Numbered from the stretch's first letter, positions 1 through 11,393 are shown. The stretch: DNA of 64,000 bases from an uncultured Chloroflexia bacterium (GCA_963746255.1 CAVVAJ010000005.1:301346-365345); one strand, 5' to 3'. Notes: a model not told the origin generated them from the sequence alone. Program-made: numbers and translations.

Positions 1-818
1 TTTATATCACTAATTGAATATCCGAGTGAGTTGAGTGCTCGAATCCGGTCATTTATCCGGTAGTGTTCATCTTTTTTTATGTGCTCGTCTCGCGTGACCT
101 CCTCCCATAATGCTTGATAACGAAGACGGATATACGCTCCGGGATAAGAATGCAGATCATCTTTAGGAATACCATCTCTGATGACAATTTCTTCCAGTTC
201 AGCATTTACATTTTCTTCCATGATTTCTAGATCGTGATGGCGCAGAGTGGGAGAAAAATCTGGACTTATTTCTACAGTTTCAGCATCAACCAAATAGGCA
301 CTGAGCGCACCGGCATCACGCCGGAAGAGTGTATTAGAAAGCGAGCAGTCTCCCCAGTATATACCTGCAAGATGTATCTGGACTAAGAGCCCAGCGATAG
401 CATCCAATAAAAATTTTCGGTAATTCATCAAGTGCTTCTGCACAAATAGGGTCCTGAAGGGAATGGATCGCTCAAGATAGCGGGTTATTAATATACTGGA
501 AGTATTATTAAGGAGGGCAGGGTAGATATACCCAACCGGAGTAACTGCAGGAAGGCGCGCTTGTTCAATTTCTGTCAGCAAATTGTATTCAGTCTGGGCG
601 GATCTTCCTGCCATCTGTTTTAATGCATAAATATCCCCGTCGAAATTAATAAACAGCACCCGATGGCGGGATACACCTGTTGGAACTGTAACTAAGCTGG
701 TGCAGTTGCTGTTATCCCAAGTAGTAAAATGGATATCCCAGGGTAGATGGAGAAAATCGGGATATCCTGATTTGATAAAAGTGCTCTCAATCCACTGCTT
801 ATTTTGGGTGCTCATCAT
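1..818 (-). CDS. Protein-kinase-like fold protein (DUF4032-like), C-terminus beyond window edge
   Basis: Manual reverse-strand translation gives an open frame from ATG at 818 to the window start: MMSTQNKQW...HLAGIYWGDCSLSNTLFRRDAGALSAYLVDAETVE, a kinase-like catalytic-loop-like motif. It is absent from the ORF track because it has no in-window stop. Confidence 0.55.
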   Translation of the reverse strand, partial: MMSTQNKQWIESTFIKSGYPDFLHLPWDIHFTTWDNSNCTSLVTVPTGVSRHRVLFINFDGDIYALKQMAGRSAQTEYNLLTEIEQARLPAVTPVGYIYPALLNNTSSILITRYLERSIPFRTLFVQKHLMNYRKFLLDAIAGLLVQIHLAGIYWGDCSLSNTLFRRDAGALSAYLVDAETVEISPDFSPTLRHHDLEIMEENVNAELEEIVIRDGIPKDDLHSYPGAYIRLRYQALWEEVTRDEHIKKDEHYRINDRIRALNSLGYSISDI

Positions 819-847
819 AGCGATGCTCTACGATTATTTCCGCGGCT

Positions 848-2671
848 CTAATCAGCCGGAACAAATGTCCTGGACTGTTCTACGTAGGAAAGGCTTTGGT
901 GCCTGAAATACGTATTATAGAGTTCAGCATAGTGACCTTGGGTGGTTAACAGAGATTCGTGATCACCCTGCTCAATTATCTTTCCCTGGTCGATTACGAT
1001 AATACGATCGGCGGCTTTAACGGTTGATAGACGGTGAGCAATAAGGATGCTGGTTGATTTTGATAGTATCAAGTCTAAAGCCTGTTGGATCTGCCACTCT
1101 GTAAAGGGGTCGATACTCGCAGTTGCTTCATCCAAGATAAATATGGAAGGATTCTGCACCAAAACGCGCATCAATGCCACCAATTGTCGCTGCCCCATCG
1201 ATAGACGCCCGCCTCTTTCACCCACTTCAGTTGCCAGACCATTTGGCAAAGAGTTCAGCCATTCGCCATCTCCGATTTTGTTTGCGAGTGCCAACAATTC
1301 ACTCGTTTTTATATCTTCAGGACAGCCATAGCTGATATTGTCATCCACGGTACCAGAAAACAAGAAAGGTGTTTGTGACACAATCCCAAGCTGGGTACGA
1401 AATGCCTTCAAGTTAAAATCGCGAATATCTGTGCCATCGATTAAGATTTGTCCACCCTGAAATTCATAAAACCGGGCAATTAATTTTGCTATCGAGGACT
1501 TGCCTGCTCCAGTGTGACCCACAAGTGCGATGCTCTCACCCGATCTAATGTGCAGCGAAAATTGTGTGAGCACCGGTTCATTATCTGAATATCTGAAATC
1601 TACTTTATCGAAAACAATCTCGCCTTGCAGACGGTCTGGAATGAGATTCCCACGCTGCCTTACCTTGGATTCGGCATCGATGAGAGCAAAAACCCTTTCC
1701 GAAGCCGATAGCCCAGTTTGAATCTGGGCCCAGAATGAGGATAGATTGAGGACGGGGAAAAAGAAACGCTCGAGGGCTTGCAGGAAAAGGAACCAGGCTC
1801 CCGCCGTTATCGCTCCTTGCACGACATTCAGAGCACCAACATACACAAGAATAGCGGTCCCAATACCTCCTAATGCGTTCAAAGTCGGGAATACTAGTGA
1901 AAGCACGAACCCCCGTCGGACATTTACCTGATATGATTTTTTATTTGCTTCATCAAATTCCCGAAAAATTGTCATTTCTTGACGGAAGTTTTTTGCGATG
2001 ATGATTCCACTCACAGTTTCTTTGATTGTGGCATTCACATTCGCCATTGCTTGCATACCGAGCCGAGTTACTACCCGTGCCAACCGCCGAAAACCTACCG
2101 CCGCAAGCAAGAGTATTGGTAAAAACCCAAATACCACCAAGGAAAGAAGCCAATCGATGTAAATTAGGATGAATGCCAGGATAAACGCTTGGATGAACTG
2201 CGAAGCGAGATCAGTAATTAGGGTGGCAACTTGTCCAAAATCCTGTGTATCGGAAGTGATTCGAGAGACAACCCGTCCTGATGAATATTCGTCGTAGAAT
2301 GATAGATCATGAGTTACCGAAGCACTGAATGCATCATTGCGTAGAGCTAATACCGTATCACCGACAATCCGGACAGTGAGCCGTCGACGAGCCCAATTTG
2401 CTCCCCAAACCAGTACTCCGCTCATCAACACCGCTCCGGGAATTAAGAGCAGCGATAGCGAAGAAGCTGTCAGATCATTGAGGAAGTCAATACCTCTGGA
2501 AACGATTATCAGAGTAGCTGTGTTGGCGAGTCCAATGACCAGCAATAAAAAGACGACCTGCCACATTTTTTTCTGATAGGGCTTAAAATAGGTCGCCATA
2601 CGGACAGTAAGTTCTCTGTCTGTATATTTCCTATCGTACCTTTCGGTGTCAAGACCTGAGAAAAAACTCAT
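848..2671 (-). CDS. ABC exporter, fused permease/ATPase (MsbA/multidrug type), subunit 1 of a heterodimer
   Basis: 607 aa with an N-terminal 6-TM region, Walker A GHTGAGKSS, signature LSMGQRQ and Walker B ILDEATASID. Confidence 0.85.
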   Translation of the reverse strand: MSFFSGLDTERYDRKYTDRELTVRMATYFKPYQKKMWQVVFLLLVIGLANTATLIIVSRGIDFLNDLTASSLSLLLIPGAVLMSGVLVWGANWARRRLTVRIVGDTVLALRNDAFSASVTHDLSFYDEYSSGRVVSRITSDTQDFGQVATLITDLASQFIQAFILAFILIYIDWLLSLVVFGFLPILLLAAVGFRRLARVVTRLGMQAMANVNATIKETVSGIIIAKNFRQEMTIFREFDEANKKSYQVNVRRGFVLSLVFPTLNALGGIGTAILVYVGALNVVQGAITAGAWFLFLQALERFFFPVLNLSSFWAQIQTGLSASERVFALIDAESKVRQRGNLIPDRLQGEIVFDKVDFRYSDNEPVLTQFSLHIRSGESIALVGHTGAGKSSIAKLIARFYEFQGGQILIDGTDIRDFNLKAFRTQLGIVSQTPFLFSGTVDDNISYGCPEDIKTSELLALANKIGDGEWLNSLPNGLATEVGERGGRLSMGQRQLVALMRVLVQNPSIFILDEATASIDPFTEWQIQQALDLILSKSTSILIAHRLSTVKAADRIIVIDQGKIIEQGDHESLLTTQGHYAELYNTYFRHQSLSYVEQSRTFVPAD

Positions 2672-2722
2672 TCAATTCGTTCTGTCAATCCATCTTAATC
2701 ATAAGATCGGTATGTGTATCCG

Positions 2723-4486
2723 TCATTCGCTGAAGATACGTTGGTACGCTTCCGATTCCTGCATTAGCTTTTCGTGGTTGCCTTGGGCAACTAGTTTACC
2801 TTTCCGAAGAACAAGAATAAGATCGGCCCATCGGATTTGTGATAAGCGGTGCGTGATAATGAACGTTGTGCGACCCTTGGCAGCCGCGTATATGGCACGC
2901 TGGATTTTATCTTCAGTTGCACTATCGATTGCACTGGTCGAATCGTCCAGAACTAAAATTTTAGGATCAGTTTCAAATGCTCTGGCTAAAGCCAATCGCT
3001 GACGTTGGCCTCCAGATAGGGTCACTCCGCGTTCTCCCAGTACAGTGTTATAGCCATCCTTGAAAGAGCGGATAAACTCATCTGCTTGGGCTGCTTTTGC
3101 TGCTGCAATGATTTGCCTATCAACTGCGTTTGGTGTACCAAAAGCTATGTTTTCGGCAATTGTTTTTGAAAAGAGGAAAATATCCTGCTCGATGATCGAT
3201 ATATTACGTCTTAGGGCATCTAGATTCCAATCCCTGACATCGATGCCGTCTAGCAGTACTTGCCCTTTGGTGACATCATATGTCCGGTTGACAAGTTTTA
3301 CTAGAGAGGTTTTGCCAACTCCCGTTTGACCGACGATCGCCACAGTTTGTCCAGGTTGAACTTTGAAGGAGATCCCCTCCAAAGTTGGTTCATTATCACC
3401 GTAACCAAAAGTGACATTGCGGAATTCAATCTCGCCTCTCATATCACCGGTATAACCAGCGATATTTTGATCTAGTTTTGTCTCTCGATTGATAAGCTCA
3501 ATAATTCGTCGAGCGCTGGCGATACCGACCGACACCTGTGAGTAAGAGAAGAGGGATACAAAGGTAGGAAATCCAAATAACTGCAGCAGTCCAAAGTATG
3601 CAATGACATCACCTATTTCCAACAAACCTTGTCGATAGAGGATCAGCGACATTAGCAGCCCGAGTCCTTGAACGATTCCGAGCAACAGCAGTGGAATAAA
3701 CCTAGCTTCAACATCACCTTGATCCGCGTATGCATTACGGAAGTCACGTGCGTTCTGATCGAATAGCTCTACTTCCACTTCCTCCTGAGCCATTCCTTTG
3801 ACAATTTCTATTCCATCAATAGACTCTGCTAACCTTGAGTTCATCTGTCCAAATGCATTTCTTGCATGGGTAGTGATCGGATTAAGCTCACGTAGATATT
3901 GCCAGATCGATATGCTATAACCGATAATGAAGATTAGCGGAGGGATTATTAACAGTGTATTGTATCTGGGTGCGAGGATCAGCGGTAAGATCATGAAATT
4001 AGCCGAACCGATAACCAGATTGAGACCCGGACTGAACATTAGGTTGATCTCACGCACGTCGTTTGTGGAACGGGCCATTGTGTCTCCCACTGATTGCAAA
4101 TTGTGGAAGGTCATACTCTTACCCAACAAACTGACATAAAGCTCATCACGTATATCGCGTTCTAGTTTCTGACCGACCAATTCTGCACCAAAATTACGTC
4201 CGAGCTGCAATACACCACGAACGATTTGAGTGCCGGTAATCGCCAGAGCGATCGTACCGATAGCAGAGATATCTGGTGGGGTTTCCAGGATCGCGTCGAA
4301 AGCTTGACCAATATACACTGGGACAACCGACGCCAAAGCAGCATTCCCAAAAGCACCAACGAGCATAAGGATCAATAAGTACCAGTAACGCAAAGCATGC
4401 ATAGTTATCCAGCGCACAGGACCACTGGAATCACTTTTTATCCGGTGTGGGATACTGAATTCAGCTGGGATTGATGTAGAACTCAT
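2723..4486 (-). CDS. ABC exporter, fused permease/ATPase, subunit 2 of the heterodimer
   Basis: 587 aa with Walker A GQTGVGKTS, signature LSGGQRQRLALARA and Walker B LVLDDSTSAID. It lies in tandem with the preceding ABC gene. Confidence 0.85.
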   Translation of the reverse strand: MSSTSIPAEFSIPHRIKSDSSGPVRWITMHALRYWYLLILMLVGAFGNAALASVVPVYIGQAFDAILETPPDISAIGTIALAITGTQIVRGVLQLGRNFGAELVGQKLERDIRDELYVSLLGKSMTFHNLQSVGDTMARSTNDVREINLMFSPGLNLVIGSANFMILPLILAPRYNTLLIIPPLIFIIGYSISIWQYLRELNPITTHARNAFGQMNSRLAESIDGIEIVKGMAQEEVEVELFDQNARDFRNAYADQGDVEARFIPLLLLGIVQGLGLLMSLILYRQGLLEIGDVIAYFGLLQLFGFPTFVSLFSYSQVSVGIASARRIIELINRETKLDQNIAGYTGDMRGEIEFRNVTFGYGDNEPTLEGISFKVQPGQTVAIVGQTGVGKTSLVKLVNRTYDVTKGQVLLDGIDVRDWNLDALRRNISIIEQDIFLFSKTIAENIAFGTPNAVDRQIIAAAKAAQADEFIRSFKDGYNTVLGERGVTLSGGQRQRLALARAFETDPKILVLDDSTSAIDSATEDKIQRAIYAAAKGRTTFIITHRLSQIRWADLILVLRKGKLVAQGNHEKLMQESEAYQRIFSE

Positions 4487-4497
4487 GAAATCAAAAC

Positions 4498-5220
4498 CTA
4501 ATCAATTTCATCTGGGAAAGGTAGCATATCTGCAATTAAATATGGTCCAAACTTTGGTAGCCCTTTACTTGTCGTTTGCTGCTTTCTCCCACTCGTCGGC
4601 GAAATTTTGTATATCTCACCTTGGTCGTCAAGTATCGTTATCGATGAGCCTTGTCTTTGGCTGTTGGTCCTAAGCTGGCTGGAATAGTAGCTGAAAATGT
4701 CCTTCTCATCAGGGTAGTACTTGAAGATTTGCGCGAAAGCAGCATAGAATGCCTGACAATAAGCAGGTGATACATAATCTAGGTTGCTGATCACCCAGCA
4801 TAGTTCACGGTACTCTACATAATATGAAATACCGCTAAACTTATCGAATTGATCGATGTATGGAAAGAATGGGAATGCACGGCAAGCGATGGTTCGGAAT
4901 GCTCGCTGACATGATTTATGCCCCAAACATTCGATGAGCACTTGACCATTAGGCACTTGCTCTTTTAACACTTCAGCTTTATCTGCAGCATCTGGCTGCC
5001 ATAAATGCCAAAGGTCTGTATGGACCTTGAGATACTGCCACTCACTGAGATAAGCTGCTGGGACGATATGACATGTGTCACAACAAAATGGTACTAGGCC
5101 TTCATTGTACGGAGCGCACTTATCTCCGCAATCGAAATTGCCTACCGGATCTTTAAATGCTTCATAGAGTGATATAAAATTCATCGGGAGAATAGCAGGC
5201 ATTTGTGTAGGATACCACAA
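4498..5220 (-). CDS. Cys-rich hypothetical protein (possible YkgJ/UPF0153-like metal-binding)
   Basis: 240 aa with a CGDKCAPYNEGLVPFCCDTCH cluster and a later ACRAFPFFPY. It is only 11 nt downstream of the ABC pair. Confidence 0.4.
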   Translation of the reverse strand: MWYPTQMPAILPMNFISLYEAFKDPVGNFDCGDKCAPYNEGLVPFCCDTCHIVPAAYLSEWQYLKVHTDLWHLWQPDAADKAEVLKEQVPNGQVLIECLGHKSCQRAFRTIACRAFPFFPYIDQFDKFSGISYYVEYRELCWVISNLDYVSPAYCQAFYAAFAQIFKYYPDEKDIFSYYSSQLRTNSQRQGSSITILDDQGEIYKISPTSGRKQQTTSKGLPKFGPYLIADMLPFPDEID

Positions 5221-5336
5221 AAACCTAGCTAATTCGCCCTAGTGCTAGAGCTCGAATAACGATTGTGAAGATTCGATCGATTATAATGGACATAGACAAG
5301 TAGCCCGTCTTCCGCCAACCAAAAAAGGAGCTGCAA

Positions 5337-6245
5337 ATGAAATCAGAATTCATCTGGATGGATGGTCAGATGATTCCATATGACCAGGCAACAGTTCATT
5401 TCATTAATCCAACCTTGCATTATGGTCTCGGTGTATTCGAAGGAATCCGGTGTTACAAAACAACTAAAGGCACGGGTGTATTTCGCTTACGTGAACACAT
5501 GGAGCGTTTTATTGAATCAATCCACATACTTGGGGTATTAGACATCCCATACACGGTGGAACAGCTGATCTTAGCGGTCCTCGATACGATCCGTAAGAAT
5601 GGTTTCGAGGAATGTTATATACGTCCGCTGATGTATTTAGAAGGACCATTAGGTTTAGATATGGATAAATCGCAGGTGAAAATAGGAATTGCTGCTTGGG
5701 AGTGGGGTCCATATCTGGGTGATGAAGCGGTTAGATCTGGTATCCATATGATGGTTTCATCCTTTACCCGACTGCACCCGAATATCAATATGACAAAATC
5801 AAAAGTGTCTGGGAATTATGTTAATTCAATGCTGGTAAAGACATTAGCGCTGCGATCTGGATATGATGAAGCTGTTATTTTGGACCCACAAGGCTACGTC
5901 GCTGAGTGCACAGGAGAGAACCTGTTCATGGTGCGTAAGGGAGTAATTTACACTCCACCTTTAGCCTCAGTCTTGGAAGGGATCACACGTGACGCGATCA
6001 TAATTTTGGCACAAGAACTTGGATACAATGTAATTGAAAATCAGATAACCCGTGACCAGCTCTACATTGCTGATGAGATATTCATCACTGGGACTGCAGC
6101 AGAAGTTGTCGGGGTTCGACGGTTAGATTACCGGGATATTGGGAATGGGGTGTTAGGCCCGGTTACTAAAAAGATTATTGGAGCCTACCAGGATGCGATC
6201 CATGGTAATAGCCCACATTCAAATGAGTGGTTGGAGTATGTTTAG
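5337..6245 (+). CDS. ilvE: Branched-chain amino acid aminotransferase
   Basis: 302 aa with the class IV aminotransferase N-terminus WMDGQMIPYDQATVHF...HYGLGVFEGIRCY, and an RBS AAAGGAG upstream. Confidence 0.9.
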   Translation: MKSEFIWMDGQMIPYDQATVHFINPTLHYGLGVFEGIRCYKTTKGTGVFRLREHMERFIESIHILGVLDIPYTVEQLILAVLDTIRKNGFEECYIRPLMYLEGPLGLDMDKSQVKIGIAAWEWGPYLGDEAVRSGIHMMVSSFTRLHPNINMTKSKVSGNYVNSMLVKTLALRSGYDEAVILDPQGYVAECTGENLFMVRKGVIYTPPLASVLEGITRDAIIILAQELGYNVIENQITRDQLYIADEIFITGTAAEVVGVRRLDYRDIGNGVLGPVTKKIIGAYQDAIHGNSPHSNEWLEYV

Positions 6246-6661
6246 ATTTAGGGATTTACTTAAACTGAGCTAAATAATTATTCCTTAAATTGGAAACGTC
6301 GTGTAACCTTTTCAGGTTTCAATGCATCTTAATGATGTAACTTTACTGGGGAATTTTTTTTACTACCGGAGGCTCACTAATCAAGTGAAATCGACAGTGG
6401 AAGTCAACCCTTATGTGACAACCTGCGAGCTCGACAATCTAACAATGGATATTGGCGCCCATGGTGGGTAGCAAAACCCAAAAATATCAGTGTATTGGAT
6501 CAAGCTTCATCATAGTTATTGGTGATGAAGATGAAATATAAATACTATTTCCAAATCTCCCATCTACGAAATAGACTTGCCAGGAGAGCAATAGCGAACG
6601 GATTTATGTCCAAGAAACTTTAGTGGAAGATTTGGTAATATTTTCAAGATAGAGGAAGAAA

Positions 6662-7657
6662 ATGGATTTCAACTTAACAGAGATGTCTACGAGTAAATCA
6701 ACCGGCAGTGAGCGTGTAAAAATGTTGATCATCGGCTCTGGTCCTGCCGGATTATCTGCAGCCTTATACGCCGCTAGAGCAAATCTTGAACCGGTATTAT
6801 TAACTGGTATGGAACTGGGTGGTCAAGTCTCTTTGACACATATTGTCGAGAATTATCCCGGGTTTCCGGAAGGTGTTGGTGGGAGCGAACTTGTAGAACT
6901 TTTCCAAAAACAGGCCGAACGCTTTGGTGCAAAAGTTGAATTTGACACAGCAACCGAAATCGATTTTTCTCAACACCCATTCCGAGTGGTTACCTATAAA
7001 ACAGAGTATTTCGCTGATGCGTTGATTATTTCCACGGGGGCCACTCCAAGGCATCTCGGAGTAAATGGTGAAACCGAATTGACCGGTCGTGGAGTCTCTT
7101 ACTGTGCGACATGTGATGGTTGGTTTTTTAAAGAGAAAGATGTGGTTGTCGTTGGCGGTGGTGACAGTGCATTAGAAGAAGCCCTATTCTTAACCCGCTA
7201 TGCCGACTCGGTAACAATTATCCACCGCCGGGATGAGCTGCGAGCAGGGGCAATTTTACAGAAAAGGGCGGAATCTAACCCAAAGGTAAAATTCGTCTGG
7301 GATACTATCCTGACTGAAATCTTTGGTGATGAGGCTGTGACCGGTGTGACTCTGAAAAATGTGAAGACTGGTGAGATTACTGAACTGACAACAGACGGTG
7401 TATTCATTTTTATTGGCCACCTACCAAACAACGATCTTTTCCAGGATCAGCTAGAAATGGATGAACTCGGTTACTTGGAGGTAGATGATCATATGCAGAC
7501 CAATGTTCCTGGTGTCTTTGCTGCCGGTGAGATCGCTGACCCTATCTTCAGGCAAGTTATCACGTCGGCGGGTATGGGAGCTGCGGCGAGTATGCAGGCC
7601 ATCCATTTCATTGAGGGTTTGGAAGATGAATTACCAGAATTTGAAGCATTAGCGTAA
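6662..7657 (+). CDS. trxB: Thioredoxin-disulfide reductase
   Basis: FAD motif [14 protein letters not shown], redox-active CATCDG and NADPH motif [12 protein letters not shown]. The true start may be one of the internal Met codons. Confidence 0.9.
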   Translation: MDFNLTEMSTSKSTGSERVKMLIIGSGPAGLSAALYAARANLEPVLLTGMELGGQVSLTHIVENYPGFPEGVGGSELVELFQKQAERFGAKVEFDTATEIDFSQHPFRVVTYKTEYFADALIISTGATPRHLGVNGETELTGRGVSYCATCDGWFFKEKDVVVVGGGDSALEEALFLTRYADSVTIIHRRDELRAGAILQKRAESNPKVKFVWDTILTEIFGDEAVTGVTLKNVKTGEITELTTDGVFIFIGHLPNNDLFQDQLEMDELGYLEVDDHMQTNVPGVFAAGEIADPIFRQVITSAGMGAAASMQAIHFIEGLEDELPEFEALA

Positions 7658-7782
7658 CCGATATTGAAAACTTGGTTGAAATGAATTAGGAAGAATTCCT
7701 GTGTGAAAGCGGAAAATTGGATACATTCCGAACTTTGTTTTACTAAAATTGATCATATAAAGAATATTAGGAGATAGTATAA

Positions 7783-8706
7783 ATGAATAAGGTCTCAATC
7801 ATTGGCGCTGGAATGACCGGTTCGACTACCGCCCATTGGCTTGCAGAACGTGAATTAGCTGACATTGTTCTGGTTGATGTGGTTGATGGGATGCCCCAAG
7901 GCAAGGCGCTTGATCTGCAGGAATTTTTACCAGTGATCGGTAAGGATGTTCAAGTTATTGGAAGCAACAGTTATGCTGAGACTACAGGCTCAGATATCAT
8001 CGTTATCACAGCTGGACTGCCTCGGAAACCAGGTATGAGTCGTGATGATCTTCTGATGGCAAATACAAAGATTGTCAGTACAGCGGCAGAAGCAGCGATC
8101 AAAGAATCACCGGATGCTATCTTCATCATTCTCACGAACCCACTTGATGTAATGGCATACCTAACTATGAAAGTCGCAGGTATACCAGCAGAACGGGTAG
8201 TTGGTCAGGCAGGCATCCTAGACTCAGCCCGCATGCGCGCATTTGTGGCCATGGAATTGGGTGTAAGTGTTGAGAATGTTCACTGTTATGTCCTTGGCGG
8301 ACATGGAGATGATATGGTGCCTTTGGTAAGGCATTCGAACGTAGCTGGAATACCGCTGGAGAAAGCGCTGTCGCCTCAGCAATTAGAAGCGATCGTTGAA
8401 CGAACCCGCAAGGGAGGGGGTGAGATTGTCAGTTTATTAAAAACCGGCAGTGCATTTTACGCACCATCAATAGCCATCACACAAATGGTTGAAGCAATAT
8501 TGAAGGACAAGCATTTGATTGTCCCGGCAGCTGCTTACTTGAACGGGGAATACGGTCTAAAGGATTTATTCTTTGGCGTACCAGTTCAGTTAGGGCGAAA
8601 AGGTATTGAAAAGATCTTTGAGTACGAGCTCACTGATTCGGAAAGGGCTGCGTTTATTAAATCCGCAAGCGGTGTAAAAGAAAATATCGCCAAATTATAT
8701 CTCTAA
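7783..8706 (+). CDS. mdh: Malate dehydrogenase (LDH-like family)
   Basis: 307 aa with IIGAGMTGSTTA Rossmann motif, ITAGLPRKPGMSRDDL and GGHGDDMVP, typical of LDH-type MDH. Confidence 0.85.
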   Translation: MNKVSIIGAGMTGSTTAHWLAERELADIVLVDVVDGMPQGKALDLQEFLPVIGKDVQVIGSNSYAETTGSDIIVITAGLPRKPGMSRDDLLMANTKIVSTAAEAAIKESPDAIFIILTNPLDVMAYLTMKVAGIPAERVVGQAGILDSARMRAFVAMELGVSVENVHCYVLGGHGDDMVPLVRHSNVAGIPLEKALSPQQLEAIVERTRKGGGEIVSLLKTGSAFYAPSIAITQMVEAILKDKHLIVPAAAYLNGEYGLKDLFFGVPVQLGRKGIEKIFEYELTDSERAAFIKSASGVKENIAKLYL

Positions 8707-8720
8707 AAAGGAAACGTGTA

Positions 8721-10016
8721 ATGGATCTACAGACCAAGTTGGAGAGTATTATCCCTGCATATCGTGAACGAGTGAAGACCCTTGTGAAGGAACGGGGAGA
8801 TGTAAAAGTTGATGAGGTCACCATTGCCCAAGTATATGGGGGGATGAGGGGAATAAAATCCTTAGTAACCGATATCTCATTCGTTGATCCGGATGAGGGC
8901 ATCCGTTTTCGGGGCTATACAATCCCAGAAACCCTTGCAATGCTGCCAAAACCACCCGCCTCTAAAGTCCCTTTTGTTGGGGGGTTGTATTATTTGTTTT
9001 TAGTCGGGGATGTACCGTCAGAAAATGATGCTTTAGCAGTCGAAAAAGAGTGGCAGGCACGCTCTCATGTACCGGATTATGTGTTCAATGTTTTGCGGTC
9101 TATGCCGGTCGGCTCACACCCGATGATGTTGTTCTCGCAGGCGATATTAGCATTACAGCATGAATCACTCTTCGCTCGCCGCTATCAGGAAGGGATGACG
9201 AAGGATGAGTATTGGATCCCGATGCTCGAAGATAGCTTGAATCTCACCGCCAAACTTCCCTCCATCGCGGCATTCATATATAGTCTGAAATATAAGGATA
9301 GTATCTACACAGCACCAAATCCAGAATTGGATTGGGGTGCCAATTTTGCCTACATGATGGGAATTGATACGCAGGAATATCGTGATTTATCTAGGTTGTA
9401 CTTCCTGCTGCATTCCGACCATGAAAGTGGTAATGCTAGTGCCCATACAACACATCTAGCAGCTTCTACCCTTTCAGACATATATTATGCCTTTTCCGCT
9501 GGGATCAACAGCCTTGCTGGTCCTCTACACGGCCTGGCGAACCAGGAATGTTTGCGTTGGTTGATCGGTGTACGCGATAGTTTTGGCGGCATCCCGGATA
9601 GGGTGCAGATTAAACAATATGCCTGGGAGACCCTAAACAATGGACAGGTTATCCCTGGGTATGGTCACGCTGTATTACGCAAACCCGACCCGCGCTTCAC
9701 CGCTCAATTTGAATTCGCTATGAGACATTTCCCAGACGATGAGCTGTTCCAAATTGCGAGACTAGTTAATGAAGTGGTTCCAGATGTTTTATTGGAACAA
9801 GGAAAAGCAAAGAACCCCTGGCCGAACGTTGATGCTATTAGCGGTACTTTACAGCAGCATTATGGCGTGCGGGAGATTGATTTCTATACCGTTATGTTCG
9901 GTGTCGGGCGAGCGTTAGGTGTTACGAGTAATGCCGTTTGGGCACGCGCATTGGGTCAGCCATTGGAGCGACCTAAATCTTTGACTACCGTTATGTTAGA
10001 AGAATGTTGTAAATAG
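8721..10016 (+). CDS. gltA: Citrate synthase
   Basis: 431 aa with the citrate synthase signature HSDHESGNASAHTTHLAASTLSD...GPLHGLANQE. It starts 15 nt after mdh. Confidence 0.9.
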   Translation: MDLQTKLESIIPAYRERVKTLVKERGDVKVDEVTIAQVYGGMRGIKSLVTDISFVDPDEGIRFRGYTIPETLAMLPKPPASKVPFVGGLYYLFLVGDVPSENDALAVEKEWQARSHVPDYVFNVLRSMPVGSHPMMLFSQAILALQHESLFARRYQEGMTKDEYWIPMLEDSLNLTAKLPSIAAFIYSLKYKDSIYTAPNPELDWGANFAYMMGIDTQEYRDLSRLYFLLHSDHESGNASAHTTHLAASTLSDIYYAFSAGINSLAGPLHGLANQECLRWLIGVRDSFGGIPDRVQIKQYAWETLNNGQVIPGYGHAVLRKPDPRFTAQFEFAMRHFPDDELFQIARLVNEVVPDVLLEQGKAKNPWPNVDAISGTLQQHYGVREIDFYTVMFGVGRALGVTSNAVWARALGQPLERPKSLTTVMLEECCK

Positions 10017-10037
10017 CAAACTAACCAGTAATTTGCA

Positions 10038-10084
10038 GAATCCCCACGGAGCTAATTTGCCAAGTGGGGATTTTTTGGTTTTGA
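10038..10084. terminator. Rho-independent terminator between convergent gltA and the LysM gene
   Basis: Stem GAATCCCCAC...GTGGGGATT followed by TTTTTTGGTTTT. Confidence 0.7.
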
Positions 10085-10102
10085 TAGTGTCTCGTAGTCT
10101 TT

Positions 10103-11254
10103 TTACGGTGAAGGTGTTTGAATGGTGCTGGTTCCGGTTATCGTAAATACGCGACGATCGCTTTCAGCTCCCGCAGATTCCCAGATGGCATTACCGTCAT
10201 CATCGGTACCGGTTTGGCGAACTGAGACAACCCACCAGCGCATAACATGTGGAATCTCTGTAGCAGGGCGGAAAGAATCTGGCAGGATGAATTTCGTATC
10301 GGTTGCGTAATCTACCAAGCGGCGGTCTTGACCCTCGGTTACATCGATAATTGTTACTGCGTAAGCCTCATTGTTGCGGAGAGCGCCAACGGAGGCCCAT
10401 TGAAGAGTGATTGTCTCGTCGCTAATGAAGAAAGGTGCTCCGTCTGCGGGAAGCAATAAGTTTGGTGCGCCGTAGGGTGGCGGTGGTGTCGGTGTAGGGG
10501 AGGGACCGGGTGTTGCCGCGCGTTCACATAAGGGGATAACTATGTTTTGACCGGAACGGACAATGTCGTTTACTAAACCATTGTACGTTTTAAGAACTGT
10601 GATAGGCACTGCATAGTTTGCTGAGATGCTGGATAGTGTGTCATTCTCTTGAACTGTGTAATCAATTTTCTGGCAGGCAGCATCCGTCGCATCAGCGGCA
10701 CTTAGAGTTGCCGTTGGAAGTGGTGTGCTCGTAGGAGTAGGATGGGGTATCCGTAAATCTTGTCCCACGATCAATGTATCACAAGCTGCTGGAAGCGTAT
10801 TCTCCAGCACAATGCTCTGGATTGAAACACCAAACGCAAAGGCGATGGAAGAGCAAGTATCACCGGACGAGACCTTGTATGTCAATGGGGTTGGCGTCGG
10901 CTGTTGAGTATTTGTAGGTGTGGGGGTCATGGGCGTTGGGGTAATCGTCGTTGTCGCCGTGTTTGTCAGTGTCGGAGTGATGGTTGGTTCAACTACTTGC
11001 CCAGTCTGTTGCAGTGCGTAGTAGACCAAAACCGCTCCAATTATGAGGAACAAGGCTAAAAGGGCTATAGCAACGGGCAGGCTTATAGTTATAGCCGGCA
11101 TTCGACTTCCCTGAACATTCGAAGGGCTTTTTCCACTGGCAGCTTGTTGGGTAAAAGAACCGCCGCACACGAGGCAGCGTTCCGCATCTTCACTAACGCG
11201 CGTACCGCATACCGGGCATACTTTTGTTGGTTTAGATGGAGAATCTGTGGTCAT
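10103..11254 (-). CDS. LysM-domain membrane protein with N-terminal zinc ribbon
   Basis: CPVCG...CLVCG ribbon, one TM helix, Thr/Pro-rich linkers and two LysM motifs (YKVSSGDTCSSIA and YTVQENDTLSSIS). Confidence 0.75.
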   Translation of the reverse strand: MTTDSPSKPTKVCPVCGTRVSEDAERCLVCGGSFTQQAASGKSPSNVQGSRMPAITISLPVAIALLALFLIIGAVLVYYALQQTGQVVEPTITPTLTNTATTTITPTPMTPTPTNTQQPTPTPLTYKVSSGDTCSSIAFAFGVSIQSIVLENTLPAACDTLIVGQDLRIPHPTPTSTPLPTATLSAADATDAACQKIDYTVQENDTLSSISANYAVPITVLKTYNGLVNDIVRSGQNIVIPLCERAATPGPSPTPTPPPPYGAPNLLLPADGAPFFISDETITLQWASVGALRNNEAYAVTIIDVTEGQDRRLVDYATDTKFILPDSFRPATEIPHVMRWWVVSVRQTGTDDDGNAIWESAGAESDRRVFTITGTSTIQTPSP

Positions 11255-11393
11255 AATAATATTCTACTGCCAGATAATATTGCGTACTGGTATAAACCTG
11301 GCGGATTATACCAGTCTTTATGAATACTTGAGTAATTTTAGTCTAGACAATCAATGCACTCTCGATTTATCAATACTGGTATACTCGCCCAGA

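Noticed and set aside
700-906. 68-aa + strand ORF between the kinase-like gene and the ABC transporter
   Set aside because: It overlaps the 5' end of the minus-strand gene (start at 818) and the ABC transporter stop, and it has no recognisable features.
11247-11393. 5' extension of the hemW ORF overlapping the LysM gene by 8 nt
   Set aside because: The radical-SAM CxxxCxxC motif normally sits about 10 residues from the N-terminus. The Met at 11394 gives that spacing, and the extension translates to low-complexity sequence.
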